35,629 nt of DNA from Bacilli bacterium (GTDB lineage: Bacteria; Bacillota_I; Bacilli_A; RF39; UBA660): NCBI GenBank assembly GCA_017476705.1, contig JAFUZI010000011.1:1-35629 (forward strand), written 5' to 3'. Below, piece after piece: positions 1-9,285 of this stretch. How positions within the stretch are numbered: position 1 is the first letter of the stretch; each line of letters starts with the position of its first letter. The notes beneath the pieces are model-generated. The model had not been told where the DNA came from, did not search any database, and saw only the letters and a list, made by a program, of their open reading frames with translations. The position numbers and the translations under genes were made by a program.

Positions 1-293
1 AAGCAGAACAATTATTTAACCAAACTGAAAAATCACTAAAAGATTTAGGAGATAAAGTAGATAGTAAAGATAAAGAAAAAGCTGAAGGTCAAATAAAAGA
101 CTTAAAAGAAGCATTAGAAAAAGGTAATATTGATGATATTAAAACTAAAAAAGATGCTCTACAAGAAACAGCTATGGCATTTGCGCAAAAAGTTTATGAA
201 GATATTGCTAAACAACAACAAGAAGCACAAAACAATACTGAATCATCAGATAAAAAAGATGATACAATTGATGCAGAATACACTGAAAAATAA
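1..293 (+). CDS. dnaK: Chaperone DnaK, C-terminal fragment (5' end lies outside the window)
   Basis: Frame 3 is open from the window edge to TAA at 291-293. My translation AEQLFNQTEKSLKDLGDKV...KVYEDIAKQQQ...IDAEYTEK fits the DnaK lid and C-terminal tail pattern. dnaJ follows 1.9 kb downstream. Confidence 0.85.
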   Translation, partial: AEQLFNQTEKSLKDLGDKVDSKDKEKAEGQIKDLKEALEKGNIDDIKTKKDALQETAMAFAQKVYEDIAKQQQEAQNNTESSDKKDDTIDAEYTEK

Positions 294-303
294 TTGATTA
301 GAT

Positions 304-334
304 GAAGTTCTAGTATACCTAGAACTTCTTGATT
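304..334 (+). terminator. Hairpin after dnaK (possible terminator or attenuator)
   Basis: Perfect 10-bp stem gaagttctag / ctagaacttc (304-313 and 319-328) with loop tatac. The trailing T-tract is weak (ttgatt). Confidence 0.45.
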
Positions 335-355
335 ATTAAATAGAAAGGGTAAAAC

Positions 356-2140
356 ATGAAAGAACGTTTAAGAAATGAAGTAGACAGCAGTTTTAAATGG
401 AATTTAGATGCAATGCTTGATATGAGTATTGATGAGATTAAAAACAATATATTAAGTTTGTTAGATGATGTTTTAAAATTTAAAGGACATATATGTGATT
501 CAAGTGACTCATTATATAATTTTTATCAAGCAAATGATAAGTTATCTAGAGAGGTAGAAAAATTATATTGCTATAGTCACATGAATTATGATTCAGATAC
601 AACAAACTCTAAATCACAAGCGCTTTTTATGGAAACAGAAAAACTTCTTAACGATATATCAGAAAAAACAACATTTATAACACCTGAGATATTAAAGTGT
701 GAATATAGTGTTATTAAAAAATATATTGAAGAAGACTCTAGACTTAAAGAATATAGTTTTGATTTAGAACAGTTATTTAGAAATAAACCTTATATTTTAA
801 GTGAAAAAGAAGAAGAGATTATAACACTCGCATCTAATGCAATGGGTACAGGGGACGATGCATTTAATAATATTGATAATACAGATGTTAACCTAGGTAC
901 CATTAAAGATGAAAATGGTGTTGATGTAGAACTTACTCATGCTAATTATTCTAAATACATGAATAGTAAAGATAGAAGAGTTAGAATTGATGCCTTTAAT
1001 GCTATGTATAACTATTTTAAAGGACTTAAAAATACAATTGCTGCATGCCTTAAAGGTAATATAAAAGAAAATTTCTTCTCATCAAAGGTTAGAGGATTTG
1101 AAAGTCCTATTAAACAAAGTTTATTTGAAGATAATATTGATATAAGTGTATATGATAATTTAATAGAGTCTGTTCATAATAATTTACCTACAATGTATGA
1201 ATATATGGCATTAAAGAAAAAAATCTTAAATTTAGATGAACTTCATATGTATGATATGTATGTAGATTTGACTGATAAAATAGATTTAAATATCCCATTT
1301 GATGAAGGTAAAAAATTAGTTTTTGATGCTCTAAGACCACTTGGAGATAGATATTTATGTGACCTTCAAAAAGCATTTGATGAGCATTGGATAGATATAT
1401 ATCCAAATGTTGGTAAAAAATCAGGTGCTTATAGCTGGGGATGCTATGACTCATATCCATATGTATTACTTAATTATACTGATAACTTTGATTCAGTAAG
1501 TACAATGGCACATGAATTAGGTCACTCAATGCACTCATATTATTCTAAATTAAAACAAAATTATGTAAATCATAATTATGCAATCTTCTTAGCCGAGATA
1601 GCATCAACTACAAATGAAATATTATTAAATGAATATTTATATAGAAATGCAAAAACTCGTGAAGAAAAAATATACTATTTAACTGATTTGTTAGAAAAAA
1701 TTAGAACAACCATCTATAGACAAACTATGTTTGCTGAATTTGAGCGTATTATGCATGAAAAAGAGGATAAAGGTATTGCTCTTACAGAAGAAGAATTTTC
1801 TAGTACTTACTTTGAGTTAAATAAATTATATTATGGAGATAATGTAGTAAGTGATGACTTAATTAGATATGAATGGGCAAGAATTCCTCATTTTTATACT
1901 TCATTTTATGTATATAAATATGCAACCGGATTATCATGTGCTATTAAAATAGCTACTGATATATTAAATGGCAAGGAACATGCACTTGAAAACTATCTTG
2001 ATTTCTTAGCAAGTGGCGGTTCTGATTACCCTTTAAATATACTAAAGAAAACAGGTATTGATATGACTAAACCTGATACAATTAATGATGCTTTAAAAGT
2101 ATTTAAAGATAAAGTAGAAGAGTTAAAAAGTTTAATATAA
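356..2140 (+). CDS. pepF: Oligoendopeptidase F (M3B family zinc metallopeptidase)
   Basis: 594-aa ORF with the HExxH motif in [10 protein letters not shown]. The N-terminal FKWNLDAM and C-terminal [24 protein letters not shown] are typical of PepF. An SD-like aaaggg lies upstream. Confidence 0.85.
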   Translation: MKERLRNEVDSSFKWNLDAMLDMSIDEIKNNILSLLDDVLKFKGHICDSSDSLYNFYQANDKLSREVEKLYCYSHMNYDSDTTNSKSQALFMETEKLLNDISEKTTFITPEILKCEYSVIKKYIEEDSRLKEYSFDLEQLFRNKPYILSEKEEEIITLASNAMGTGDDAFNNIDNTDVNLGTIKDENGVDVELTHANYSKYMNSKDRRVRIDAFNAMYNYFKGLKNTIAACLKGNIKENFFSSKVRGFESPIKQSLFEDNIDISVYDNLIESVHNNLPTMYEYMALKKKILNLDELHMYDMYVDLTDKIDLNIPFDEGKKLVFDALRPLGDRYLCDLQKAFDEHWIDIYPNVGKKSGAYSWGCYDSYPYVLLNYTDNFDSVSTMAHELGHSMHSYYSKLKQNYVNHNYAIFLAEIASTTNEILLNEYLYRNAKTREEKIYYLTDLLEKIRTTIYRQTMFAEFERIMHEKEDKGIALTEEEFSSTYFELNKLYYGDNVVSDDLIRYEWARIPHFYTSFYVYKYATGLSCAIKIATDILNGKEHALENYLDFLASGGSDYPLNILKKTGIDMTKPDTINDALKVFKDKVEELKSLI

Positions 2141-2160
2141 GCATCGAAAGGAGTAACAAT

Positions 2161-3264
2161 ATGAATAAAAAAGACTATTATGAAGTCTTAGGCGTTGGTA
2201 AGAATGCAACAGATGCGGAGATAAAATCAGCATTCCGTAAACTTGCCAAGAAGTATCACCCTGATGTTTCTAAAGAACCTGATGCTGCAGAAAAATTTAA
2301 AGAAGCACAAGAAGCATATGCAGTACTATCTGATTCAAATAAAAGACAACAATATGATCAATTTGGTCATGCTGCTTTTGAAAATAATGGCTTTGGTGGT
2401 AATGGCGCACAAGGATTCGATTTTGGTGATTTTGATTTTTCTGATATCTTTGGAGATTTATTTGGATCTGGATTCGGATTCAATAGAAGTCAAAATAAAA
2501 ATAGACCAAGACGTGGTGATGATACATTAATGCGTATGAATCTTACGTTTGAAGAAGCAATATTTGGTTGTTCTAAATCAATTAATATAGATGTCTCAGA
2601 AGAATGCCCTGATTGCCATGGTAAAGGTGGTAAGGGTGAAAAAAGATGCCCTGACTGTAATGGAACTGGTCAAGTTTCTAGACAACAAAGCACCTTATTT
2701 GGTACATTTATGACTAAAACAACATGTACAAGATGTGGTGGAAAGGGTGTTACATTTGATTCAACTTGTTCTAAATGTAGAGGAACAGGCAGAGTTGTTA
2801 ATAATAAAACATTAGACGTTAAAATACCTGCAGGTGTTGATACAGGTTTAAGATTAAGACTTGCTGGTAAAGGTGAAGCCGGAGTTAATGGTGGACCTAA
2901 TGGAGATGTTTATATTGAATTTAATGTAAAAGAACATCCTATATTTAAAAGAGATGAAGATGATATTTATTTAGTTGTTCCAATTACAGTAACACAAGCA
3001 GTACTAGGTTGTAAGTTAGATATTCCAACTATTTATGGACCTGTAACTTTAACAATACCTGCAGGATCTAAAACAAATGATAAACAAAGACTTAGAGGTA
3101 AAGGCGTTAAGAGACCTAACTCATCACATATAGGTGATATGTATGTAATCTTAGAAGTTGAAATACCTAAAAAATTATCTCGTGAGCAAAAGAAACTATT
3201 TGAAGAACTAAATAAAACAAATATTAAATCTAGTGAATATGATAAAATCAAAAAATACCTATAA
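2161..3264 (+). CDS. dnaJ: Co-chaperone DnaJ
   Basis: J-domain with KKYHPD, a G/F-rich linker, and four CxxCxGxG repeats ([32 protein letters not shown]). SD gaaaggag lies upstream. Confidence 0.95.
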   Translation: MNKKDYYEVLGVGKNATDAEIKSAFRKLAKKYHPDVSKEPDAAEKFKEAQEAYAVLSDSNKRQQYDQFGHAAFENNGFGGNGAQGFDFGDFDFSDIFGDLFGSGFGFNRSQNKNRPRRGDDTLMRMNLTFEEAIFGCSKSINIDVSEECPDCHGKGGKGEKRCPDCNGTGQVSRQQSTLFGTFMTKTTCTRCGGKGVTFDSTCSKCRGTGRVVNNKTLDVKIPAGVDTGLRLRLAGKGEAGVNGGPNGDVYIEFNVKEHPIFKRDEDDIYLVVPITVTQAVLGCKLDIPTIYGPVTLTIPAGSKTNDKQRLRGKGVKRPNSSHIGDMYVILEVEIPKKLSREQKKLFEELNKTNIKSSEYDKIKKYL

Positions 3265-3278
3265 AAGGTATTTTTTTT
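3254..3278 (+). terminator. Rho-independent terminator after dnaJ
   Basis: Stem aatacct / aggtatt with loop ataaa, followed by T8. It overlaps the dnaJ stop codon. Confidence 0.6.
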
Positions 3279-3305
3279 AAGTAAATTTTCATCCTATTAG
3301 CATTA

Positions 3306-3334
3306 TTGACTTTAATAATAATGAAATGTATAAT
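3306..3334 (+). promoter_or_regulatory. Sigma-A-type promoter for the prepilin gene
   Basis: TTGACT (3306-3311), 17-nt spacer, TATAAT (3329-3334). This places the transcription start about 10 nt upstream of the AGGAGG SD. Confidence 0.5.
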
Positions 3335-3360
3335 TGATAATGTAATAATAGGAGGTATAT

Positions 3361-4491
3361 ATGAAGAATAAAGGATTCACACTAATAGAACTTTTAGCCG
3401 TAATAGTAGTACTTGCAGTAGTAGCTTTAATAGCATTTCCAATAATTGCTGGAATAATAGAAAAAACTAAAAGATCAGCTGCATATAGAAGTGTAGAAGG
3501 CTATGTAGAGGCCGCTAATAATGCAGCAGTATTATATGACCTAGATAATAATAAAGGTATAAATGTAACAGAGGCTAAACATACATTTACAAGTAATGTA
3601 GATACTGAAGAATTTAGTAAAATAAAAGCTAAAGGAACACTTCCAACATATTCATACCTAGACTTTGATATTAATAAAAAAGTAGTAACAGAAGGACACT
3701 TTTGTATAAATGGTTACAGTGTATTATATAGTGAAGGTACTGCCAAAGCATCTGAAACAAAATATTGTGAAGATGATAATCAAGGCGGTAATGGCAGTGG
3801 TAATAATGATAATTTACCAAATGAAAATACTAATTCACAAGATAATAGTGCATGCACAGATGAAAAAATTCTTTCAACCGCAAATATAAGATATAATCCT
3901 GAAACAAAATATATTCAAGTATTAAGTGGAGCAACATGGGTAAATGCAATGTATTTTGATGCTGAATGGGATGGAACAGTTTATAGCTTAGGCTCTTATA
4001 GTAAGACCTATTTTGATGAATTTAGTGGTTCAAGCTATTCTTTCCGTGATGCTGATATATATTCTGGTTATGATCGTTGGACTAATGGAAGAGAAGATCT
4101 TGTATATAATTCTTTTATAGCATCAAAAGTTGGAATAAATGTAGTTGATGGCACAAAGCAATTACATATATTATTTGATGCTCAAACACTTAGTGGTACA
4201 AATGCAACTTATCAATATCTTCCTGAAACAAGAACAACACAAGTACGCTTTACACTTTCCGCTGATGGCGTAACTCCAATCACTAAAACACCATATAACT
4301 ATACTTCATATTCTACAGGTAATTATGGAGTAAAAAAATCAGTTACAAATGTTCAAGTAGACTTCCCATTAACAGAATTTGTTGGAAAAGACTTGAAAAT
4401 AACTGAAACATTATTTGTAAGTAAATCACCTAGTGATGATACTTGGGGTCAAGGTGTTAGATGCCAAATTAAGAAAATTTGGATTAGTTAA
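3361..4491 (+). CDS. Prepilin-type (class III signal) protein, 376 aa, with a large C-terminal domain
   Basis: MKNKG|FTLIEL has Gly-1, Phe+1 and Glu+5, followed by the hydrophobic helix LAVIVVLAVVALIAFPII. AGGAGG SD lies at 3350-3355. A G/N-rich linker (DDNQGGNGSGNNDN) precedes a ~220-aa Y/T/S-rich C-terminal region. Confidence 0.8.
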   Translation: MKNKGFTLIELLAVIVVLAVVALIAFPIIAGIIEKTKRSAAYRSVEGYVEAANNAAVLYDLDNNKGINVTEAKHTFTSNVDTEEFSKIKAKGTLPTYSYLDFDINKKVVTEGHFCINGYSVLYSEGTAKASETKYCEDDNQGGNGSGNNDNLPNENTNSQDNSACTDEKILSTANIRYNPETKYIQVLSGATWVNAMYFDAEWDGTVYSLGSYSKTYFDEFSGSSYSFRDADIYSGYDRWTNGREDLVYNSFIASKVGINVVDGTKQLHILFDAQTLSGTNATYQYLPETRTTQVRFTLSADGVTPITKTPYNYTSYSTGNYGVKKSVTNVQVDFPLTEFVGKDLKITETLFVSKSPSDDTWGQGVRCQIKKIWIS

Positions 4492-4493
4492 AA

Positions 4494-4518
4494 AGAGTAG
4501 ATTAAATACTCTTTTTTT
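4494..4518 (+). terminator. Rho-independent terminator after the prepilin gene
   Basis: Stem agagta / tactct with loop gattaaa, followed by T6. Confidence 0.6.
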
Positions 4519-4541
4519 GATATAATTAACTAGGTGATTTT

Positions 4542-4940
4542 ATGGATGTATTAATTAGTATAAAACCTGAACATACAAATAAAATAGAAAATCAATTAAA
4601 AAATTATGAATTTAGAAGTTATTTAATTAAAGATATAAATAAGATGTATGTATATGAATCAAATACATCATGTTTGAAATATATAATGGTTATAGATAAT
4701 GTTGTTAAATATCCAGATAAAATTGATGAAAATGGCATTGGAAATAGGGAATTTAATAATCATATGAAATATGAATATGCTTATCATATTAAACATTTGT
4801 ATAAACTTAATAAACCAATTACATTAACAGAACTAAAAAGTAGATATATTTTTTATGCTCCTCAAAAATATACATTAGCGTCTTCTCATCTAGATTTAAT
4901 TGAACGCATTAATAACTCTGATAAAACACAAATATTTTAA
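4542..4940 (+). CDS. Hypothetical protein, possibly ASCH/PUA-like fold
   Basis: 132-aa ORF with a GGTGAT SD. The N-terminal ISIKPEHTNKIENQLKNYEFR resembles the opening of ASCH-domain proteins. This assignment is from memory only. Confidence 0.4.
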   Translation: MDVLISIKPEHTNKIENQLKNYEFRSYLIKDINKMYVYESNTSCLKYIMVIDNVVKYPDKIDENGIGNREFNNHMKYEYAYHIKHLYKLNKPITLTELKSRYIFYAPQKYTLASSHLDLIERINNSDKTQIF

Positions 4941-4942
4941 TT

Positions 4943-4971
4943 GAATAAAAAGTCTTCTTTTACGCATAATA
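4943..4971 (+). promoter_or_regulatory. Forespore-type (sigma-F/sigma-G-like) promoter candidate upstream of sigG
   Basis: GAATA (4943-4947), 17 nt, CATAATA (4965-4971), compared with the remembered consensus GHATR-N17/18-CATnnTA. Caveat: the predicted start site would sit almost on the SD. Confidence 0.3.
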
Positions 4972-4992
4972 AAGTGAAAGGAGATTTTTTAT

Positions 4993-5757
4993 TTGAGCAA
5001 AGTTGAAATATCAAATGTTAATACATCAAATTTAAAAGTATTAAGTCATGAGGAAATGATTGATTTATTTAAGAAGTATCAAAATGGTGATATAAATGCT
5101 AAAGAAGAACTTATAAATGGAAATTTAAAATTAGTCTTATCGATACTCAAAAAATATAATAATAGGGATAATATGGATGACTTATTTCAAGTAGGATGTA
5201 TTGGATTAATTAAAGCAATAGATAATTTTGATCTATCGCATGAAGTAAAATTCTCAACATACGCTGTTCCAATGATATTAGGTGAAATAAGAAGATATTT
5301 AAGGGATAATTCATCACTTAGAATATCTAGAAGTATAAAAGATACTGCATATAAAGTATTAAAAGCACGAGAAGAATTAACTAATATACTAGGTAGAGAA
5401 CCAAATTCAGGTGAAATCGCTGAAAATTTAAATATATCAGAGTTAGAAGTTATTGAAGCAGTTGATTCTATGAAAGATACAATAAGTATGTTTGAACCAA
5501 TTTATAATGATGGTGGTGATACAATTTATTTGTCTGATCAATTAGAAGATAATAAAGAATACTATGATAATGATACAAAAATTGCCTTAAAAGAAGCCTT
5601 AAAAAAACTTAAAACAAAAGAGCAATATATTTTATTAGAACGTTATATTACTGGAAAAACACAATTAGAACTTGCTAGTGAAATTGGAATAAGTCAAGCT
5701 CAAATATCGAGATTAGAAAAAAATTCCATTGAAAAGATAAAAAAAATGATATTATGA
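4993..5757 (+). CDS. sigG: Sporulation sigma factor SigG (TTG start)
   Basis: Long stretches match the B. subtilis SigG I remember: KVEISNVNTSNLKVL, DDLFQVGCIGLIKAIDNFDLSHEVKFSTYAVPMILGEIRRYLRDN, FEPIYNDGGDTIYLSDQLED, GISQAQISRLEK. Confidence 0.85.
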   Translation: MSKVEISNVNTSNLKVLSHEEMIDLFKKYQNGDINAKEELINGNLKLVLSILKKYNNRDNMDDLFQVGCIGLIKAIDNFDLSHEVKFSTYAVPMILGEIRRYLRDNSSLRISRSIKDTAYKVLKAREELTNILGREPNSGEIAENLNISELEVIEAVDSMKDTISMFEPIYNDGGDTIYLSDQLEDNKEYYDNDTKIALKEALKKLKTKEQYILLERYITGKTQLELASEIGISQAQISRLEKNSIEKIKKMIL

Positions 5758-5779
5758 ATATTATTTAATAGGTGATATC

Positions 5780-6010
5780 ATGAGATTAAGCTTACTTCAA
5801 GACAAAGATATTATTAATTTATCTGATGGTAAGAAAATAGGGAAAATTATAGATGTAGTTATTTCTGATAGTGGAAATATAATTTCATTTATAATACAAA
5901 GAACTAAATTTAATGTAATACCAAGTTCAAAAGAAGTAGAAGTTAGATTTAATCAAATAAAAACAATAGGATCTGATGTAATATTAATAGATATGAAGAA
6001 TTTAAAATAG
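5780..6010 (+). CDS. ylmC: YlmC/YmxH-family PRC-barrel sporulation protein
   Basis: 76-aa ORF. The pattern KDIINLSDGKKIGKIIDVVI...IKTIGSDVILID matches YlmC/YmxH. It lies directly after sigG. Confidence 0.7.
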   Translation: MRLSLLQDKDIINLSDGKKIGKIIDVVISDSGNIISFIIQRTKFNVIPSSKEVEVRFNQIKTIGSDVILIDMKNLK

Positions 6011-6033
6011 AGTTTATTTTATACTCTTTTTTT
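6009..6033 (+). terminator. Weak terminator after ylmC
   Basis: 5-bp stem agagt / actct with a 9-nt loop, then T7. Confidence 0.4.
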
Positions 6034-6056
6034 GTTATAATTAAATTGGTGATATT

Positions 6057-6659
6057 ATGAATAAAAGAACTATAATTAATACTATAATATATTCTATTTT
6101 ATTTATAATAATTGTTTTTTTGTGTTTAAATATGCTTTTTTTACGCGAATACACCAAAATATATAAATATAACAACGAGACAGTAATTATTAAAATATGG
6201 GCATTAAATAGCCCAAATAAAGCATTTAATGATATAGAAGATATATATATTAAAAATAATGAATTAATAATGGATGATAAAGAAGAATATTTAAATAATT
6301 TAGTAAGTGATTATTTAAATATAAACCATTATAATAAATATATAATCAATATGGATAATACTATTTTACTTAGTAATGATGAATTTTATATAGGATTGCC
6401 TGATCCAATTGATGATTTAAAAGTTACAAAAGTTATAAAGGCAAAAGGCAAATGTATATCAAGCTATATAAAGGGTAAAAATGCTGTATCAGTAATAAGT
6501 AATAAGAATTGTGAGGCAATAGCGCATTCCTTACTTAGTAAAGATATAAAAGATGAACTTCTTTATATAAATAGTCTAAAAGATGTAGAAGCAATTTGGA
6601 ATATAGGATCAAAATATATAAAGTCAAATAATTTTAAAAAATATGAGCTTTCAAAATAA
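6057..6659 (+). CDS. Hypothetical membrane-anchored protein
   Basis: 200-aa ORF with a GGTGAT SD and an N-terminal TM segment (IINTIIYSILFIIIVFLCLNMLF). I recognise no motif. Confidence 0.5.
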   Translation: MNKRTIINTIIYSILFIIIVFLCLNMLFLREYTKIYKYNNETVIIKIWALNSPNKAFNDIEDIYIKNNELIMDDKEEYLNNLVSDYLNINHYNKYIINMDNTILLSNDEFYIGLPDPIDDLKVTKVIKAKGKCISSYIKGKNAVSVISNKNCEAIAHSLLSKDIKDELLYINSLKDVEAIWNIGSKYIKSNNFKKYELSK

Positions 6660-6685
6660 GATTTTATAATTAAGTAGGTGATGAT

Positions 6686-7615
6686 ATGATTTATTTACTA
6701 TATGGAATTGAAGAATATTTAATAAAAAAAGAATTAGATAAAATAAAAAGTCATTTTGATATTAATGATATATCTTTTTATGATATGGATAATATTAAAT
6801 TAAATGATATTGTAGATGATGCAAATAGTATGTCATTATTTTCTACTTCTAGATTAATTATAATAGATAATAGTTATATATTCACAACATTATCAAAAAA
6901 AAGAGATGATATTAAATATTTAGAAAATTATATAAATAATCCAAATAAAAACACTACATTAGTTTTTATAATAAATAGTGAAACACTTGATAATAGAAAA
7001 AAAATAGTATCACTTATAAAAGAAAAAGGAAATGTAATTGAATTCAATTCAAATTTTGATATAAATAGTATTGTTAAAGAAATGTTTGGTAATTATCAAA
7101 TAGATTCAAATGATATTAGATTTTTAATCAGCCGCGTTGGAAATAATTTGAATCTATTAAATCAAGAAATAAATAAAATTAAGACATATAAGTGTGATGA
7201 CTTAAAAATAAATAGAAATGATATAATTAATCTTACTCATAAAACAGTAGATATAGATATATTTCATTTAATTGAAAACATAATACTAAATAATAAAGAT
7301 AAAGCTTTAGAAAGCTACTATGAAATGATAAAAGTAGGTGAAGAGCCTATTAAAATAATTGTAATGTTATCTAATCAATTTAGACTAATGTATCAAGTAA
7401 AAAAATTATCGTTAAAAAGAAATAATATTAGTGACATGATGAAAATACTTGGTCAAAAAAAATATACAATCGAAAAAGCCTTAGAAAAATCAAGAAAGTA
7501 TAATGAAGATATAATACTTAAAAAACTATATCAATTAGCAGATTTAGACATTAAAATTAAAAGCGGTATGATTAATAAAAATATAGCTTTAGAATTATTT
7601 ATATTAGACAATTAA
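6686..7615 (+). CDS. holA: DNA polymerase III delta subunit
   Basis: 309-aa ORF. The N-terminal IYLLYGIEEYLIKKELDKI and overall size and pattern fit HolA. GGTGAT SD upstream. Confidence 0.7.
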   Translation: MIYLLYGIEEYLIKKELDKIKSHFDINDISFYDMDNIKLNDIVDDANSMSLFSTSRLIIIDNSYIFTTLSKKRDDIKYLENYINNPNKNTTLVFIINSETLDNRKKIVSLIKEKGNVIEFNSNFDINSIVKEMFGNYQIDSNDIRFLISRVGNNLNLLNQEINKIKTYKCDDLKINRNDIINLTHKTVDIDIFHLIENIILNNKDKALESYYEMIKVGEEPIKIIVMLSNQFRLMYQVKKLSLKRNNISDMMKILGQKKYTIEKALEKSRKYNEDIILKKLYQLADLDIKIKSGMINKNIALELFILDN

Positions 7616-7641
7616 AAAAAGAGGATTTATTCCTCTTTTTA
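7614..7641. terminator. Bidirectional terminator between holA and the pilus ATPase gene
   Basis: Stem agagga / tcctct with loop tttat, flanked by A7 on the left and T5 on the right. Confidence 0.65.
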
Positions 7642-9183
7642 AAATTCCATATTCATTAAATCATCATCGTCATCAATATCTGAATAAGAATATTTTTTTG
7701 ATTCTGTTTTTTCTTCTTTTTCTAAGGCTTTTTCTTCTTTTACTTCAGCTTTTACTTCTTCCTTTTCTTCATTTAATTTAATATCAGGCATTGACCAATC
7801 ATCAGTAGTAGGTTGTATTTTTTCTTCAATAGGAGTTGGTTTAACTTCTATTGTTTTTTCTACAACTGGTTCTTGTTTAACTTCTTCATACTTTGGCATT
7901 TCATTAAATGTTGGTTTTGATATATCATCAACTGATTCTTGAGCTATTTTTGTAAATTTTAAAGCAGTTTGTAAGTTATCATCATTTTCCTTAGGATCAT
8001 CATTATCAAGTTCAATTAATTTAAGAACTTCTTCAAAAGTAGTATCGCCATTAACAACTTTCTCTAAACCATCTTGAAGTAGAGTAGTAACATCTGATCT
8101 ATAAACTAAATGTCTTAAGTCTTCTTTTCTCATATTACTACTAATTGCATCTTTAATTTCTTGATTAACAAGTAATACTTCTTGTAAAGCAATACGTCCT
8201 GAATAACCATTTCCGCATTCTTCACATCCCTCAGCTGTATATATTTCATTTACATCTTGATGAAGTACTTTTTTAAATAATTCTTTTTCATATTCATTAG
8301 TAGGTTTTTTCTTTCTACATTTAGGGCAAAGTCTACGAGCTAATTTTTGAGAAATGATTCCAGTCAATGCACTTGAAAGTAGGTATCTTTCAACATCCAT
8401 ATCTAAAAGTCTTTCAATTGTATTAAGTGAGTTGTTTGTATGTATTGTAGATAATACAATGTGTCCTGTAATAGAAGCACGAACTGCAATCTTAGCTGTT
8501 TCTGTATCACGTATTTCTCCAACCATTATAACGTTTGGGTCTTGACGTAAGATAGAACGTAGAGCACTTGCAAATGTAAGACCAATTTCACTATTTGTTT
8601 GAACTTGGTTAACACCTTCAATGTTCATTTCTATAGGGTCTTCAACTGTAATAATATTTACATCTTCTTTATTCATTTTTTGAAGAATAGAGTAAACAGT
8701 AGTTGATTTACCAGAACCAGTAGCACCAGTAACTAAGATAATTCCATTTGGTAAACTAATCATCTTCATAATCTTTTCATAGTTTTTATCACTAAAACCT
8801 AATGCTTCAAGACCACTAGAACTCATTGAATAGTCTAAGATACGAATAACTATCTTTTCACCATTAATAGTAGGTAGACAAGAAACACGAAGATCTAAAG
8901 ATACATCTTGAATATTTTGCTTAATAGCACCATCTTGAGGTAATCTTGATTCAGTAATGTTCATTCCTGCTAATATTTTAACACGAGTTACTAAGTTTTT
9001 CTTTACAGCATTTGGAATTTCAGCATAGTCTTGTAAAGCGCCATCTATACGAATTCTAATTTTCATAAATTCTTCATGTGGATCGAAGTGAATATCACTT
9101 GCACCTTTTTTGCTTGCGTCAACTAGAATATCATTAACTATTTCAACAACAGGCATTTTATCAAAGTCGTATTTTTTTAACAT
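7639..9183 (-). CDS. Type IV filament assembly ATPase (GspE/PilB/ComGA family) with an acidic C-terminal tail
   Basis: Walker A GATGSGKST, Walker B IMVGEIRD, His box GHIVLSTIHTN, and a tetracysteine site CPKC...CEEC. I moved the start to the ATG at 9183 because the AAAGGGG SD touches the ORF-track ATG at 9192. No GspE N-terminal domain is present. Confidence 0.85.
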   Translation of the reverse strand: MLKKYDFDKMPVVEIVNDILVDASKKGASDIHFDPHEEFMKIRIRIDGALQDYAEIPNAVKKNLVTRVKILAGMNITESRLPQDGAIKQNIQDVSLDLRVSCLPTINGEKIVIRILDYSMSSSGLEALGFSDKNYEKIMKMISLPNGIILVTGATGSGKSTTVYSILQKMNKEDVNIITVEDPIEMNIEGVNQVQTNSEIGLTFASALRSILRQDPNVIMVGEIRDTETAKIAVRASITGHIVLSTIHTNNSLNTIERLLDMDVERYLLSSALTGIISQKLARRLCPKCRKKKPTNEYEKELFKKVLHQDVNEIYTAEGCEECGNGYSGRIALQEVLLVNQEIKDAISSNMRKEDLRHLVYRSDVTTLLQDGLEKVVNGDTTFEEVLKLIELDNDDPKENDDNLQTALKFTKIAQESVDDISKPTFNEMPKYEEVKQEPVVEKTIEVKPTPIEEKIQPTTDDWSMPDIKLNEEKEEVKAEVKEEKALEKEEKTESKKYSYSDIDDDDDLMNMEF

Positions 9184-9198
9184 TTTTTTCATCCCCTT

Positions 9199-9222
9199 TA
9201 GTCATTTTTTTATTTTTGACTA
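9199..9222. promoter_or_regulatory. Inverted repeat TAGTCA-N12-TGACTA in the divergent pilus control region
   Basis: tagtca (9199-9204) and tgacta (9217-9222) are exact reverse complements. The right arm overlaps the -35 of the rightward promoter, and the repeat lies in the 5' UTR of the leftward gene. Confidence 0.4.
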
Positions 9223-9244
9223 GCATTTATTCTAAAAGTATTAT
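9216..9244 (+). promoter_or_regulatory. Sigma-A-type promoter for the pseudopilin operon
   Basis: TTGACT (9216-9221), 17 nt, TATTAT (9239-9244). Confidence 0.45.
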
Positions 9245-9268
9245 ATAATAAATTTAGAATAAAGACAA
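9240..9268 (-). promoter_or_regulatory. Sigma-A-type promoter for the ATPase gene
   Basis: On the minus strand: TTGTCT (9268-9263), 17 nt, TATAAT (9245-9240). Its -10 occupies the same bases as the -10 of the rightward promoter. Confidence 0.45.
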
Positions 9269-9285
9269 TAAAAAGGAGTTACTTT

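Noticed and set aside
1188-1460. Antisense or overlapping ORFs in the six-frame track: 1188-1460, 2243-2530, 3033-3251, 8354-8545, 11289-11567, 12593-12787, 13109-13420, 15322-15642, 16165-16386, 16566-16895, 20912-21127, 24641-24937, 25373-25588, 27846-28037, 27871-28059 and 30630-30827.
   Set aside because: Each lies wholly inside, or opposite, a much longer ORF with clear family motifs. None has an SD site, and their translations are low-complexity. These are shadow frames of the kind expected in AT-rich DNA.
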